Of a stretch of DNA of 64,000 nucleotides, positions 38,571-49,770 are shown in pieces. The DNA comes from Octopus bimaculoides. Taxonomy: Eukaryota. The notes beneath the pieces were generated by a model, which had not been told where the DNA came from, did no database searches, and saw only the letters and a list, made by a program, of their open reading frames with translations. The DNA lies in the NCBI RefSeq assembly GCF_001194135.2, contig NC_068989.1, positions 85,961,912-86,025,911 on the forward strand, read 5' to 3'. The position numbers were made by a program, and so were the translations under genes. How positions within the stretch are numbered: the first letter of the stretch is position 1; each line of letters begins with the position of its first letter.

Positions 38571-38711
38571 CTGTAATAATGTACCTAGGATGCCCACATG
38601 TCCACACATGGCAGCAAAATGAAGAGGTGTGCGTCCTTTGATGTCTTTGGCAGTGATTTCTGCACCATTGTGCAGTAATGCATCAACACATTCCTCGTGA
38701 CCGTTAGCTGC
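38571..38711 (-). CDS. ANKRD28: ANKRD28-family exon (AANGHEECVDALLHNGAEITAKDIKGRTPLHFAAMCGHVGILGTLLQ)
   Basis: Close to human GHEECVDALLQHGA...GRTPIHLSAACGHIGVLGALLQ. Phase 0-0, donor gtatgt. Confidence 0.97.
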
Positions 38712-38817
38712 CTGCAACAACAAAAAACAACAATTACTTAGAATAATGCAAGTTTATGAATGTACACTGTGTACCTGTATGTGTATATGTAAATATATAT
38801 ATATATATATATATATA

Positions 38818-39769
38818 CAAGGGTTGGACAAAATAATGGAAACACCTAGCATCATAATTTTGAAATGTCAATGAAACCGTCAAAAGCTTGTTTATTTTTA
38901 GTTCTTTGACTGATTATTTGTGTTGCTTAATATGTTTTGCTAAAATTGCTGTTTCTTTTCAGATACCATCAGGAAAAGTTAATTAAAATACACTGAAATG
39001 ACAGATCTATCGGACTTTCAAAGAGGTCGAATTGTTGGTGCTCGTATAGCAGGGGCTAGCTAACGAAAACAGCTGAAATGTATGTTGTATCAAGAAGTAC
39101 TGTCTTGAAAGTAATGAGAGCCTTTCAGAAAGAGGGAAAAATCTCCTCATTGAAACAAAACTCCGGAAGAAAACCAAAACTCTCACGTAGGGACCATCGG
39201 ACTCTTACGCGAATTGTTAGAAAGGATCACAAAAGTACAGCTCCCAAAATTACTGCAGAGCTTAACGACCACTCTAAGAACTCAATTTCCACAAAAACTG
39301 TTTGCCGGGAGCTGCACAAAGCTGGAATTCACGGGAGGGCTGCAATCAGACAACCTTTCAAAAACAAACGTTGCAAAGCATTTAGGAATGTTATTTTCTC
39401 GGACGAGTCATCCTTTACCTTATTTCCAACCACCATCCAAGTATATAGGTGGAGACAGCCAAAAGAAACATTTGACCCAGACTATCTTCTTCCAACTGCT
39501 AAACATGGAGGAGGATCTGTGATGATCTGGGGAACTATATCTTGGAAATCCGCCGGCCCAATGGTTTCCCTTCATGGCAAGACTATTTAAGCACTTTATC
39601 TAATCAAATTCATTCTATGGTTGTGGAACTGTTTCCAGAGGGAAACACAATGTTTCAGGATGATAATGTCCCAATTCATACAGCTAAAGTTGTTACTGAA
39701 TAGCATGATGAACATTCTAGTGAAGTTGAACAACTTATCTGATCACCACAGTCCCCAGATCTCAATATA
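38818..39769 (+). mobile_element. Defective Tc1-family (DD34E-type) transposon: left TIR plus broken transposase, 3' truncated
   Basis: TA|caagggttggacaaaataatggaaacacc left end. ATG at 38998: MTDLSDFQRGRIVGAR, a frameshift, then SGRKPKLS, VIFSDES (first D), KHGGGSVMIWG, a second frameshift, FQDDN (second D), SPQSPDLNI, and truncation before the catalytic E. Internal stops; no right TIR. Confidence 0.93.
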
Positions 39770-40319
39770 TTGCCATACACAAGACAAAAACAAGATCTCA
39801 CCTGCAACCATTATTTAAGGAAAAGATAACAACATTTTCCCTCTCATTCCTCTCACGCTGATGCCGAGCAAAACTTCGAAGCCAACAGCTCACAGCAGAC
39901 TTTTGTCCTGCTGTGATACCACATGCATTGTCTCCAGAGGTTATTGAACCTCATGTGTATGGGAGAGAAGGCTAACTATGCACTGCTGTGAAGATGGTTA
40001 CTGAAAGCAAACCCCTTGTACGAAGCACCTGTGAATAAACGGTTATTGAATTTACTCCGCCTGAGAACTTCATTCCTCGTATTTCCAGCTCCTTGAATGG
40101 AAGAAGAAGATACCCCAAAAGTATCATAAAAACCTTCCTTCCATTATAAAAGTATATTGTGTTTGCATAACGAAATACCATATACCTACAAATCATTAGC
40201 AGAGAGATAAATATCATATAGTTTTCTGTCCACTCATTGTAATAATAAAAAAAAAGAAAAAAAGAGAGATAAAAACGTGTAATGGAAAAAGAGTGAAGGA
40301 AAAACATGCGTTAACTGAC

Positions 40320-40437
40320 CCCTCTGTGTAACGCCGTCCGTCCATGGATGTCTTTGTTGTTTACTATAGCACCTGATGTGATGAGATTTAACACAGCATC
40401 TACGTGGCCATTGGCAACAGCTAACATCAACGGTGTT
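40320..40437 (-). CDS. ANKRD28: ANKRD28-family exon (RTPLMLAVANGHVDAVLNLITSGAIVNNKDIHGRTALHRG)
   Basis: Ends in the family-typical GRTALHRG. Acceptor ttttgtttcag, donor gtcagt. Missed by the ORF track. Confidence 0.95.
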
Positions 40438-40539
40438 CTGAAACAAAACCACAATAACATAACTTTTTACTGTCGTACCACTGAACAACAGCAACAACAC
40501 AGATTTAGGGGTCTATCATCATCATTATTATTATTATTA

Positions 40540-40775
40540 AGGCGGTGAGCTGGCAGAATCTCAGAATGGTAGAATGCCAAACAAAATGCTTAGTGGTATT
40601 TTGTCTGTCTTCACGTTCTGAGTTCAAATTGTGCTGAGGTCGACTTTGCCTTTCATCCTTTCGGGGTTGATGAAATAAGTACCAGTTGAGCAGAGCACTG
40701 GGGTTGATGTATTCAACTAGCCCCTCCCATAAAAAAATCTCAGGCCTTATGTCAATAGTAGAAAGGATTATTATT
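40540..40775 (+). mobile_element. tRNA-derived SINE family A, plus-strand copy
   Basis: Head ggcggtgagctggcagaa (box-A-like) and gagttcaaatt (box-B-like). Other copies near 5870, 18410, 19720, 25750, 31680, 35110, 46600, 52220 and 60990. Confidence 0.85.
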
Positions 40776-41019
40776 AAATGGTAGGAAAGAAGAGACATAA
40801 TGAGAAATATTATTTTAAGGGATGAACTATAGAGAGTGGATATTGATTTTTTTTAATGATGTTAGGAGCAGGGCCCACAGCCTTCACAAGTCCCCTTCCC
40901 CCACCTCCCAATCTGGTGAGACTAGAATTACAGTTCAGGGAGTGCTGACAAGAGTATTATGTGGGTCATAAAAATAGATATCTAAGAAGGCAGACAAAGG
41001 TAGATACTCAAGGATCAGA

Positions 41020-41190
41020 TAGTCAAGGGTTCAGATACTCAAGGGTTCAGATACTCAAGGGGTAGATACTCAAGGGGTAGATACTCATGGGGTAGATACT
41101 TATGGGGTAGATACTTATGGGGTAGATACTTATGGGGTAGATACTTATGGGGTAGATACTTATGGGGTAGATGCTTAAGGGGTAGATATT
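41020..41190. repeat. 15-bp minisatellite (ggggtagatacttat variants), about 10 units
   Basis: Direct tandem units are visible; they produce the spurious YPISI-repeat ORF. Confidence 0.9.
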
Positions 41191-41301
41191 TAGAAACAAG
41201 ATTATCAGCCAGTAATTGGATATGATAATCAGGTATTTTTTAATCAAAGTGAAGGGTTGTTTATAATGTCTATGGGAAGGGGGTGAGTAGTAGTAACCTA
41301 C

Positions 41302-41389
41302 CTTTCGTTGTCATCTGTACAATCGACTATGCAACTATCCTCTGCAGCATGTAGCAGTACCCGTAGACATTCCGTGTGGCCATTGTATG
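41302..41389 (-). CDS. ANKRD28: ANKRD28-family exon (AYNGHTECLRVLLHAAEDSCIVDCTDDNE)
   Basis: Corresponds to human NGHSECLRLLIGNAEPQNAVDIQD. Acceptor ctactttcag, donor gtaggt. Confidence 0.95.
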
Positions 41390-41790
41390 CTGAAAGTAGA
41401 CCCACAGCACATTTTATCAGTTTAAAAGGTTGTAATATAGAAATGAACAGAAGGTGACTAGCACCATAGACACACACACATACACAAATGGCTGTCATAG
41501 ATATACACACAGCCACCAACACATGCATATACTCATATAGGTCCTCATTTTGAAGGAGCCTTTTTTAATGCTTGCATAGCATGATGGGTTTGGGCAGAGT
41601 TTAAGGTAAAATCTTTCTATAGCTGGATAGCCCTTCCCATCTCTTACCTGTTTCCAAGCAAGGTAATATTTCCTCAAGGTCAGTCTTGTTTGCACAGAAT
41701 ATCGGAAAAGAATGGTATTCCTTTACAACAATGACAATGTCAAGACATGGAGATACAAACATACACACACAAGCACATAAACACTCACTG

Positions 41791-41830
<40 letters not shown>

Positions 41831-42305
41831 GTAATAATATACTATCTTTCTTACTAGAAGCCATGCTCATACATACATACATATATATATATATACACAC
41901 TGATAAAACAGCTGACAGACACAATACAATGAGTGGCTTTTGTATACACATACCATGGTAATACTGGCTGTTTCACATACACAATGCATTGAATACTTGC
42001 CAAATACACATGTTATAGTAATATACTGATTAGCTATCATACATGTATACATACACACATACACGCATGCATGTATGTATGTATACATATACACTGGCTG
42101 TCTCACACATACTGTTCCAAGCATGCACACACACACACACACACACTGACTGGTTGTCCTACACACAATAGTAACACACACAAACACACTGCTTGTAACC
42201 ATGTCCTGTCTGTCTTATGCATACTTTGTACCTTAATCCAAAAGTTCACTAACCCCCCCCCCCCAACAACAACAACACCAACAGTAAAGTGAGTGATAGA
42301 CTGAC

Positions 42306-42431
42306 CTGCACTGTGAAGGGGGGTCCTGCCAATCACTGAATCGTGGACCGCTATTCCAGCTCGGTTTTGTAATAAAATATTTACACATTCCGTATGACCC
42401 CGAAAACACGCCAGATCTAACATGGTGCGAC
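42306..42431 (-). CDS. ANKRD28: ANKRD28-family exon (GRTMLDLACFRGHTECVNILLQNRAGIAVHDSVIGRTPLHSA)
   Basis: Corresponds to GRTPLDLAAFKGHVECVDVL. Phase 1-1, acceptor cctatag, donor gtcagt. Confidence 0.95.
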
Positions 42432-43613
42432 CTATAGGAGAGTGGGAAAGAGAAAGAAAGAAAAAACAATCATTAGACACATAGGAGGGACTGAGCAGGG
42501 AGCAATTTAGGTTGGACAGTTCATGGTGGTGATGATGATGATGATTGNNNNNNNNNNNNNNNNNNNNNNNNNNNNNNNNNNNNNNNNNNNNNNNNNNNNN
42601 NNNNNNNNNNNNNNNNNNNNNNNNNNNNNNNNNNNNNNNNNNNNNNNNNNNNNNNNNNNNNNNNNNNNNNNNNNNNNNNNNNNNNNNNNNNNNNNNNNNN
42701 NNNNNNNNNNNNNNNNNNNNNNNNNNNNNNNNNNNNNNNNNNNNNNNNNNNNNNNNNNNNNNNNNNNNNNNNNNNNNNNNNNNNNNNNNNNNNNNNNNNN
42801 NNNNNNNNNNNNNNNNNNNNNNNNNNNNNNNNNNNNNNNNNNNNNNNNNNNNNNNNNNNNNNNNNNNNNNNNNTTAATATATCTTCGCAGTGACTTAGAT
42901 ATATATATATATATATACTCTTTTACTCTTTTGCCTGTTTCAGTCATTTGACTGTGGCCATGCTGGAGCACGGCCTTTAGTCGAGCAAATCGACCCCAGG
43001 ACTTATTCTTTGTAAGCCTAGTACTTATTCTATTGGTCTCTTTTGCTGAACCGCTAAGTTACGGGGACGTAAACACACCAACATCGGTTGTCAAGTGATG
43101 GTGGTGGGGACAAACAAACACACATACACATATATATTACGACAGGCTTCTTTCAGTTTCCGTCTACCAAATCCACTCACAAGGCTTTGGTCAGCCCGAG
43201 GCTATAGTAGAAGACACTTGCCCAAGGTGCCAGGCAGTGGGACTGAACCCGGAACCATAGATGACATCCACATAACTTGGCAGAGCTCAGCAAAAGAGAT
43301 GAAGAGAATAGGTACTGCACTTTTTGTTCAACTAAACCTTTTAAGGTGGTGAATGACCTCGGTGGGATTTGAACTCAGCACATGGGACAAAACGCCTAGT
43401 GGCATTTCTTCCAGCTTTCTATTCCAGCTTGCTGCCTTAAGGAACAATTATTATAATGACTGGAATAAGTAAAAAATAAATCATAGGTCTGCTGGATCAG
43501 TGCTGGCCCTGGGTTAAACAACAACAGTGACTAAATTCAGCAGGTTTGTGGTGGTGGTGATGAAAGTGGTGGAACATGATTGAGTCATGGAAACAAGGGA
43601 CAGTCCAACTTAC

Positions 43614-43689
43614 CATTCATATCACAGATGTCGAGGTTAATTATGTAACCCAGCAGAACATTCAATGCCTGTTCATGACCATTGTAGGC
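43614..43689 (-). CDS. ANKRD28: ANKRD28-family exon (AYNGHEQALNVLLGYIINLDICDMN)
   Basis: Corresponds to AYHGHHQALEVLVQSLLDLDVRN. Acceptor gttgcag, donor gtaagt. Confidence 0.93.
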
Positions 43690-43780
43690 CTGCAACAACA
43701 ACAACAACAGCAATAATAAGAAGAATAATAAAAACAAATGGACAGTTATATTATGAAAAAGAAAGGAGGGGAAGGGCTAC

Positions 43781-44220
43781 ATCATCATCATCATCGTTGT
43801 TTAACGTCCGTTTTCCATGCTGGCATGGGTTGGACGGTTTGATTGAGGGCTGGCAAGCCAGACGGCTGTACCAAGCTCTAATCTGATCTGACGATGTTTC
43901 TACAGCTGGATGCCTTTCCTAATGCCAACCACTCCAAGAGTGTAGTAGGTGCTTTTTATGTGCTACCTGCACAGGAGGCAGTCAGGCAGCACTGGCATCG
44001 ACTACGCTCGAATGGTGCTTTTAATGTGCCACCGGCATGGGACCAGTCAGGCGGCACTACACTCTCGGAGTGGTTGGTGTTAGGAAGGGCATCCAGCTGT
44101 AGAAACTCTGCCAGATCAGAATGGGGCCTGGTGTAGCCATCTGGTTCGCCAGTCCTCAGTCAAACCGTCCAACCCATGCCAGCATGGAAAGCAGACATTA
44201 AACAATGATGATGATGATGA
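43781..44220. repeat. Inverted pair of family-C repeats (~165-bp arms)
   Basis: Starts with (atc)n and ends with (gat)n. 43781-43946 is approximately the reverse complement of 44056-44220. Confidence 0.8.
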
Positions 44221-44295
44221 AAGGAAAAAGAGGAATGGAAGTGTGTCTAGATGAGTGGTTCTCAACCATGTTTTGCCTAGGGACCCCTTTGATTC

Positions 44296-44501
44296 TTAGT
44301 CTACTCTATTGGCACAAGGCCTGAAATTTGAGAGAAGGGGTTTAGTTGATTACATTGCCCTACCCTGTACTCAACTGGTACTTGTTTTATCAACCCTGAA
44401 AGGATGAAAGGCAAAGCCGACCTTGGTGGAATTTGAACTTGGAATGTAATGATGGATTAACTGCTGCTAAGCATTTCACTAGGCATGCTAACAATTCTGC
44501 C

Positions 44502-44537
<36 letters not shown>

Positions 44538-44990
44538 CCTTTCTACTATAGTACAAGGCTTGAAATTTGGCAGGAGGAGTTAAGTCGATTACATTGACCC
44601 TGATGTGTAACTGGCACTTATTTTATCAACCCCTCAAAAAGATGAAAAGCAAAGATGACCTCAGCGGAATTGAAACTCAGAATGTAAAGACAGATGAAAT
44701 ACCACTATGCATTTTGCCTGGCATGCTAACAATTCTGCCAGTAATAATAATAATAATAATAATCCTTTCTACTAAAGGCACAAGGCCTGAAATTTGGGGG
44801 AAAGGTTTAAGTCAATTACATCGACCCCTAGTATTCAACTGGTATTTAATTTACTGACCCCAAAAGGATGAAAGGCAAAGTCAACTGTGGCAGAATTTGA
44901 ACTCAGAGCGTAGCAATGGGCAAAATACCGCTAAACATTGCATCCAGCATGCTAACGAATCTACCAGATCACCGCCTTAATAATAATAAC

Positions 44991-45023
<33 letters not shown>

Positions 45024-45430
45024 CCTTTCTACTGTAGGCACAAGGCCTGAAATTTTTTTGGGAGCGGACTAGTTGATTTCATTGACCCTGGTGTTCCACT
45101 GGTACTTAATTTATTGACCCTGAAAGAATGAAAGGCAAAGTCGACCTTGGCGGAATTTGAACTGAGAATGTGGCGGCAGACGAAATACCTCTAAGCATTT
45201 CACCCAGTGTGCTAACAATTCTGCCAGCTAACCACCTTAATAATAATTATTTCAAATTTTTGCCACAAGGGTGGGGGATAAGTCAATTACATCAACCCCA
45301 GTGTTCAACTGGTACTTATTGACCCCGAAAGCACGAAAGGTAAAGTCGACCTCAGCGCAATTTGAACTCAGAACGTAGAGACAGGTGAAATACTGCTAAG
45401 CACTTCATCCAGCATGCTCGCTGCCTTAAT
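44296..45430 (-). mobile_element. Head-to-tail array of five SINE family A copies separated by (AAT)n
   Basis: Units start near 44296, 44537, 44762, 45022 and 45250. Each has the gaaaggatgaaaggcaaagtcgacc...gaatttgaact core; they are mutually diverged. Confidence 0.85.
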
Positions 45431-45492
45431 AATGATAATTATAATAATAATAATAATAATAATAATAATTTAAAAAAAAAATATTTACTTAC

Positions 45493-45558
45493 TGCCAGAT
45501 GAAGAGGTGAATATGGAGCTCCAGTTCGAAGAAGGTCTGTAGCAGCTGAGTCTAGAAT
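45493..45558 (-). CDS. ANKRD28: Most upstream recognisable ANKRD28-family exon (ILDSAATDLLRTGAPYSPLHLA)
   Basis: Ends SPLHLA, joining AYNGH as in human SPLHLAAYHGH. Acceptor (ct)n-cag, donor gtaagt. Confidence 0.9.
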
Positions 45559-47224
45559 CTGAGAGAGAGAGAGAGAGAGATGGAGGAAATGAATAAACAG
45601 AACAAAAACGCTTTTCAAGTCTGGAGCCAATTCTACTAGTCTCTTCTGCCAAACTATTAAGTTGCAGTGACATAAACAAACCAACACTGGTTCTCAAGAA
45701 GTGGGGTACGGTGTGGAGATGACACACACACACACATACATGGGAGGCTTCCTCAGTTTCCATGTGAGGAATTGATCAGCTTGTGGGGTCTACAGCACAG
45801 ACACTTGCTCAGGGTGCTGTGCAGTGGGACTGAACCCAGAACCATGCGGTTACTAAGTGAGCTACTTAATGACACAACCACACCTGCACCTATCCTTGCT
45901 AATGCAATAAAACAGTGCAGCAATGTCAAAGTAGCAAGAATCATCAACCTAGCTGCACCTGTTTTCTGCAAGAAGGATGAGAAAGGACAATACAGAAAGT
46001 ACATACAAATAGCAGATACCCAAAAATTCTGCATGGGGCTAATGACCAGAAGGTATCAGTAAATTTGTAAGAGGTCCCGTGTTCACCACTCACTGCATTC
46101 CCCCTCCCTCTCGTGAACTTACCTCCCCACTCACCCTGTCCAATCCTTTGTATGACTTGCATTCACCTCCGTGTAACTTGAAGGTACACCCTGACACACC
46201 ACAATCTCCTTTCTCTTTCTCCTTTCCAACTGGGGTCACCATGTCCCTTATCAACACCAAGACGCCCCTACCTGTCTCTCTTATACTTTAACTTCCCATC
46301 ACTTGACATAAAGCCACCATCCCCAGCTCAATGCTACACTCCGCCTCCATCGGTAGGTTTTGCCTTGTCAGTTACTTGGGGACCTCATTAGTGCTTTTAA
46401 CATATAAAAGGTACCCTGTGAATTGGCCTGACTCCCCATCAGTCGCGACAAGTGTTCCAGTTGATTCAATCAACAGAACAGCCTGCTCATGAAATTAATG
46501 TGCATGTGGCTGAGTACCCCATGGACATGCATACACTCAATGTAGTTCTAGAAGGGATTCAGGTACAATTCATTTATGAGGTATGTAGGTATTATTTCTT
46601 TACTACCCACAAGGAGCTACACACAGAGGGGACAAACAATGACAGACAAATGGATTAAGTCGATTATATCGACCCCAGTGCGTAACTGGTACTTATTTTA
46701 TCAACCCCGAAAGGATGAAAGGCAAAGTCGACCTCGGCGGAATGTGAATTCAGAACGTAGCGGCAGACGAAATTCCGCTAAGCATTTCGCCTGGCATGCT
46801 AACGTTTCTGCCAGCTCGCCGCCTGAAGTAATGTATGTATGTAGTGGAGGTGCATGGCCTAGTAGTCAAGGTATCCGGCTCATAACCATAAAATTGTGAG
46901 TTTGATTCCTGACAGTGTGTTGTGATCTTGAGCAAGACACTACTTCACCGTGTGAAGTGGTTGGTATTCGGAAGGGCATCCAACCCATAGAAACCATGCC
47001 AAAGCAGACACTGGAGCTTGGTGGATCCACTACTGGTACCTTTTATGTGGCTCCACCACTGGCACCTTTTACGTGGCCCCACCACTGGTGCCTTTTACGT
47101 GGCACCATCACCAGTGCTTTCTTTTTTACATGGCACCGTCACGTAATAAAATCAGATAGTTGCTGCATGGTTGGAATCCTTTCATATATATATATAATCC
47201 TCGTCATAGTTTTTATCTCTGCTT

Positions 47225-47545
47225 TTCCACACTTGCATGGGTCAGAAAGGTCTTTTCTAACACAGTGTCTTGCCATTTATTACATTCCTTTCTCATCTCC
47301 TTGGCAAAGTTCAACATTCTGAGATCAGCTTCCACAATTTTCTGTCCATGTCTTCCCTTGCCATATCTTCATTCCTCTTGGTTCTCTTGGAACTTTTTAC
47401 CCATCTATTATTCTCCATCATTCATGTCCATATCAGATCAACCAAACGCACCATATCTAGTTCTTCTCATACACAGTTTATCTATCAGCTCATCTCTACC
47501 ACGTTGTCCGTGCACACCAAACATTACACATCCAGTGAAGGATGC
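47225..47545 (-). mobile_element. Highly decayed RTE-type LINE ORF C-terminal fragment
   Basis: Across frames: LHWMCNV, W..YGH..R and GKTW, matching the RTE MLRWMCGV...LRWYGHVMR...GRPRKTW series. Many stops. Confidence 0.55.
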
Positions 47546-48048
47546 TTGCCTTGTTCCCTCTCTGTCTGTCAATCCATCCAAACAAACAAAAACACAGATT
47601 GCTAGGATTTTCTAAGTGAAAAGGAAAGAGAAGCACGTCTTTCAAATCCAATCTATTTGCAGTACAGTAAAATTTGTGAAACATTCCAAAATGCACTCCA
47701 TCTGAGATTCTTGAAATGAACAGAGGCACACACATACATATACACAACACGCAAGTACTACAGAGTCATATTTGCACAGAACACAAGCACAGGTGCATAC
47801 AGCTACACATATACATATATACACAACACATACATACACGCATATATACATACACAACACAACATATACATACACACACACACATACATACACACACAAC
47901 ACATACATACACAACCCATACATACATACACACACACAAACACACACAACATCTAAGTCCTAAAGAATTCTGTTCATAGATAAGTGCAGCTGTACACACA
48001 CACAACACCTAAGTACTAAAGAATCCTGTTCATACAGAATGCAGCTGT

Positions 48049-48089
<41 letters not shown>

Positions 48090-48912
48090 CCCAGCCACAT
48101 TTTTACAAAAGCCAGGAAATATCTCAACTCAAAAATGTCCAGTCACTTTGTTAAGGATAGGCTTGAACATACATGAGCCTCCATCCAGTTTCTCTCTCTA
48201 AAATCCTAGTGACAATGCAATGGTCAATGCCAGGCAATGATAAAAGACTGTTTGTCCAAGATGCTACACAGTGAGATCAAACCAGGGGCCAGGTGGTGGT
48301 GAAACTCATTTCTCAACAACTCAACCATACTTGCACATGTGTATTCTACAACACCACCACACACATCCATAGATTCAATCAGTGCTTGTTAAATACAGAA
48401 AGAAACGTGAGTCAAATAACGTGTGTATGTATACTGATGTGTATATACACATTCACACTTCCAAGGATACCATTACACCTGCACGCATGCAAGTGCATCA
48501 TGCGTTCACACATACAAAAGTACATGCAAATCTAAAGATTCAACACAAACATCAGTTTACATATACACGTGTCTGTGTATATGCATGTGTGAATGCATAT
48601 ATGTTTGTGTATGTGTGTGTATGCATATATGTTTGTATGTGTGTGTGTGTGCGCATATGTTTGTGTATGTGTGTATATATATTTGTGTATGTGTGTGTGT
48701 GCATATATGTTTGTGTATGTGTGTGCATATATATATGTGTGTGCATGTATATATGTGTGTGTGTGTGTATATATATGAGAGGTATTGGTATCCAAAAGAC
48801 CCAAGGTGGCAGGTAAGGCTATGTAAGTGCTATGGTAGGACCTTAATTAAACTCTCGGTTCGATAATGATACAAGTGAGGAATCTAATGCGTGTCTTGCA
48901 TGAGCATGTATA

Positions 48913-49688
48913 TGTTAAATAAAAGAAGACAAGAAAACCAAGGCTGTGTGGAATTTTCAGGACATTTATAAAGAGAGAGTTAGTCTTACATCTGTTTCTG
49001 GGATGTTAGGGATATCCCTTCATCAGAGACGATGTGAGATGGTTAAATAGAGGGAGATATTATAGAGTTCAATATGAGGAGTTATTTTGAGAAAGGAAGC
49101 AAATAAGGAGTATATAGGGAAATAAGATAATGAATATAGAAATATAAATAAATATATATGTAGGATGTTATAGTTGCAGTTCCATTATCCAAGGAAAGTG
49201 GTGTGTAGAAGTGGTAGAAATGCTCCTAGTCCATGGTATGTAAATTCCAATAGGAGTTCATATTTTGTCATTAAAGTGTGGAGACATATATTACATATGC
49301 TGTTCATTCAAAGGGGTTCACACTTTCCATTTGTAATGACAAAATATGAACTCCTATCGGAATTTACATACCACAGACAAGAAGCATTTCTACCACTTCT
49401 ACACACCACTTTCCTTGGATAATGGAACTGTAGCTATAACATCTTTATACATTTTTATTTTTATTTCTATATTCATTCTCTTATTTCCATTTATACTTCG
49501 TATTTCCTTCCTTTTCCAAAATAACTCCTTATATTGAACTCTATTTCCCTCTATTTAACCATCTCACATCGTCTCTGATGAAGGGATATCCCTAATATCC
49601 CACAAAAAGCTGTAAGACTAACTTTCTCTTTATAAATGTCCTGAAAATTCTACATAGACTTGGCTTTATTGTCTCATTTTATTTAACA
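48913..49688. mobile_element. Large foldback element (~360-bp inverted arms), Penelope-like terminal repeat pair suspected
   Basis: gggatatcccttcatcagagacgatgtgagatggttaaatagaggg (left) is the reverse complement of ccctctatttaaccatctcacatcgtctctgatgaagggatatccc (right). Complementarity extends along both arms. Confidence 0.88.
48983..49030 (-). ncRNA. Putative minimal type-I hammerhead ribozyme
   Basis: GTCT-CTGATGA-A-GGGAT(..)ATCCC-A-GAAAC-AGAT-GTA-AGAC. Stem I GTCT/AGAC, intact CUGAUGA/GAAA core, GUA cleavage triplet. Activity untested. Confidence 0.55.
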
Positions 49689-49770
49689 CACACATAAAAT
49701 GTACTGATCCACAATAGAAAATTCAACAAAAAAGTACTCCATCTGGTGAGAGATAAATATTATTTATTTA

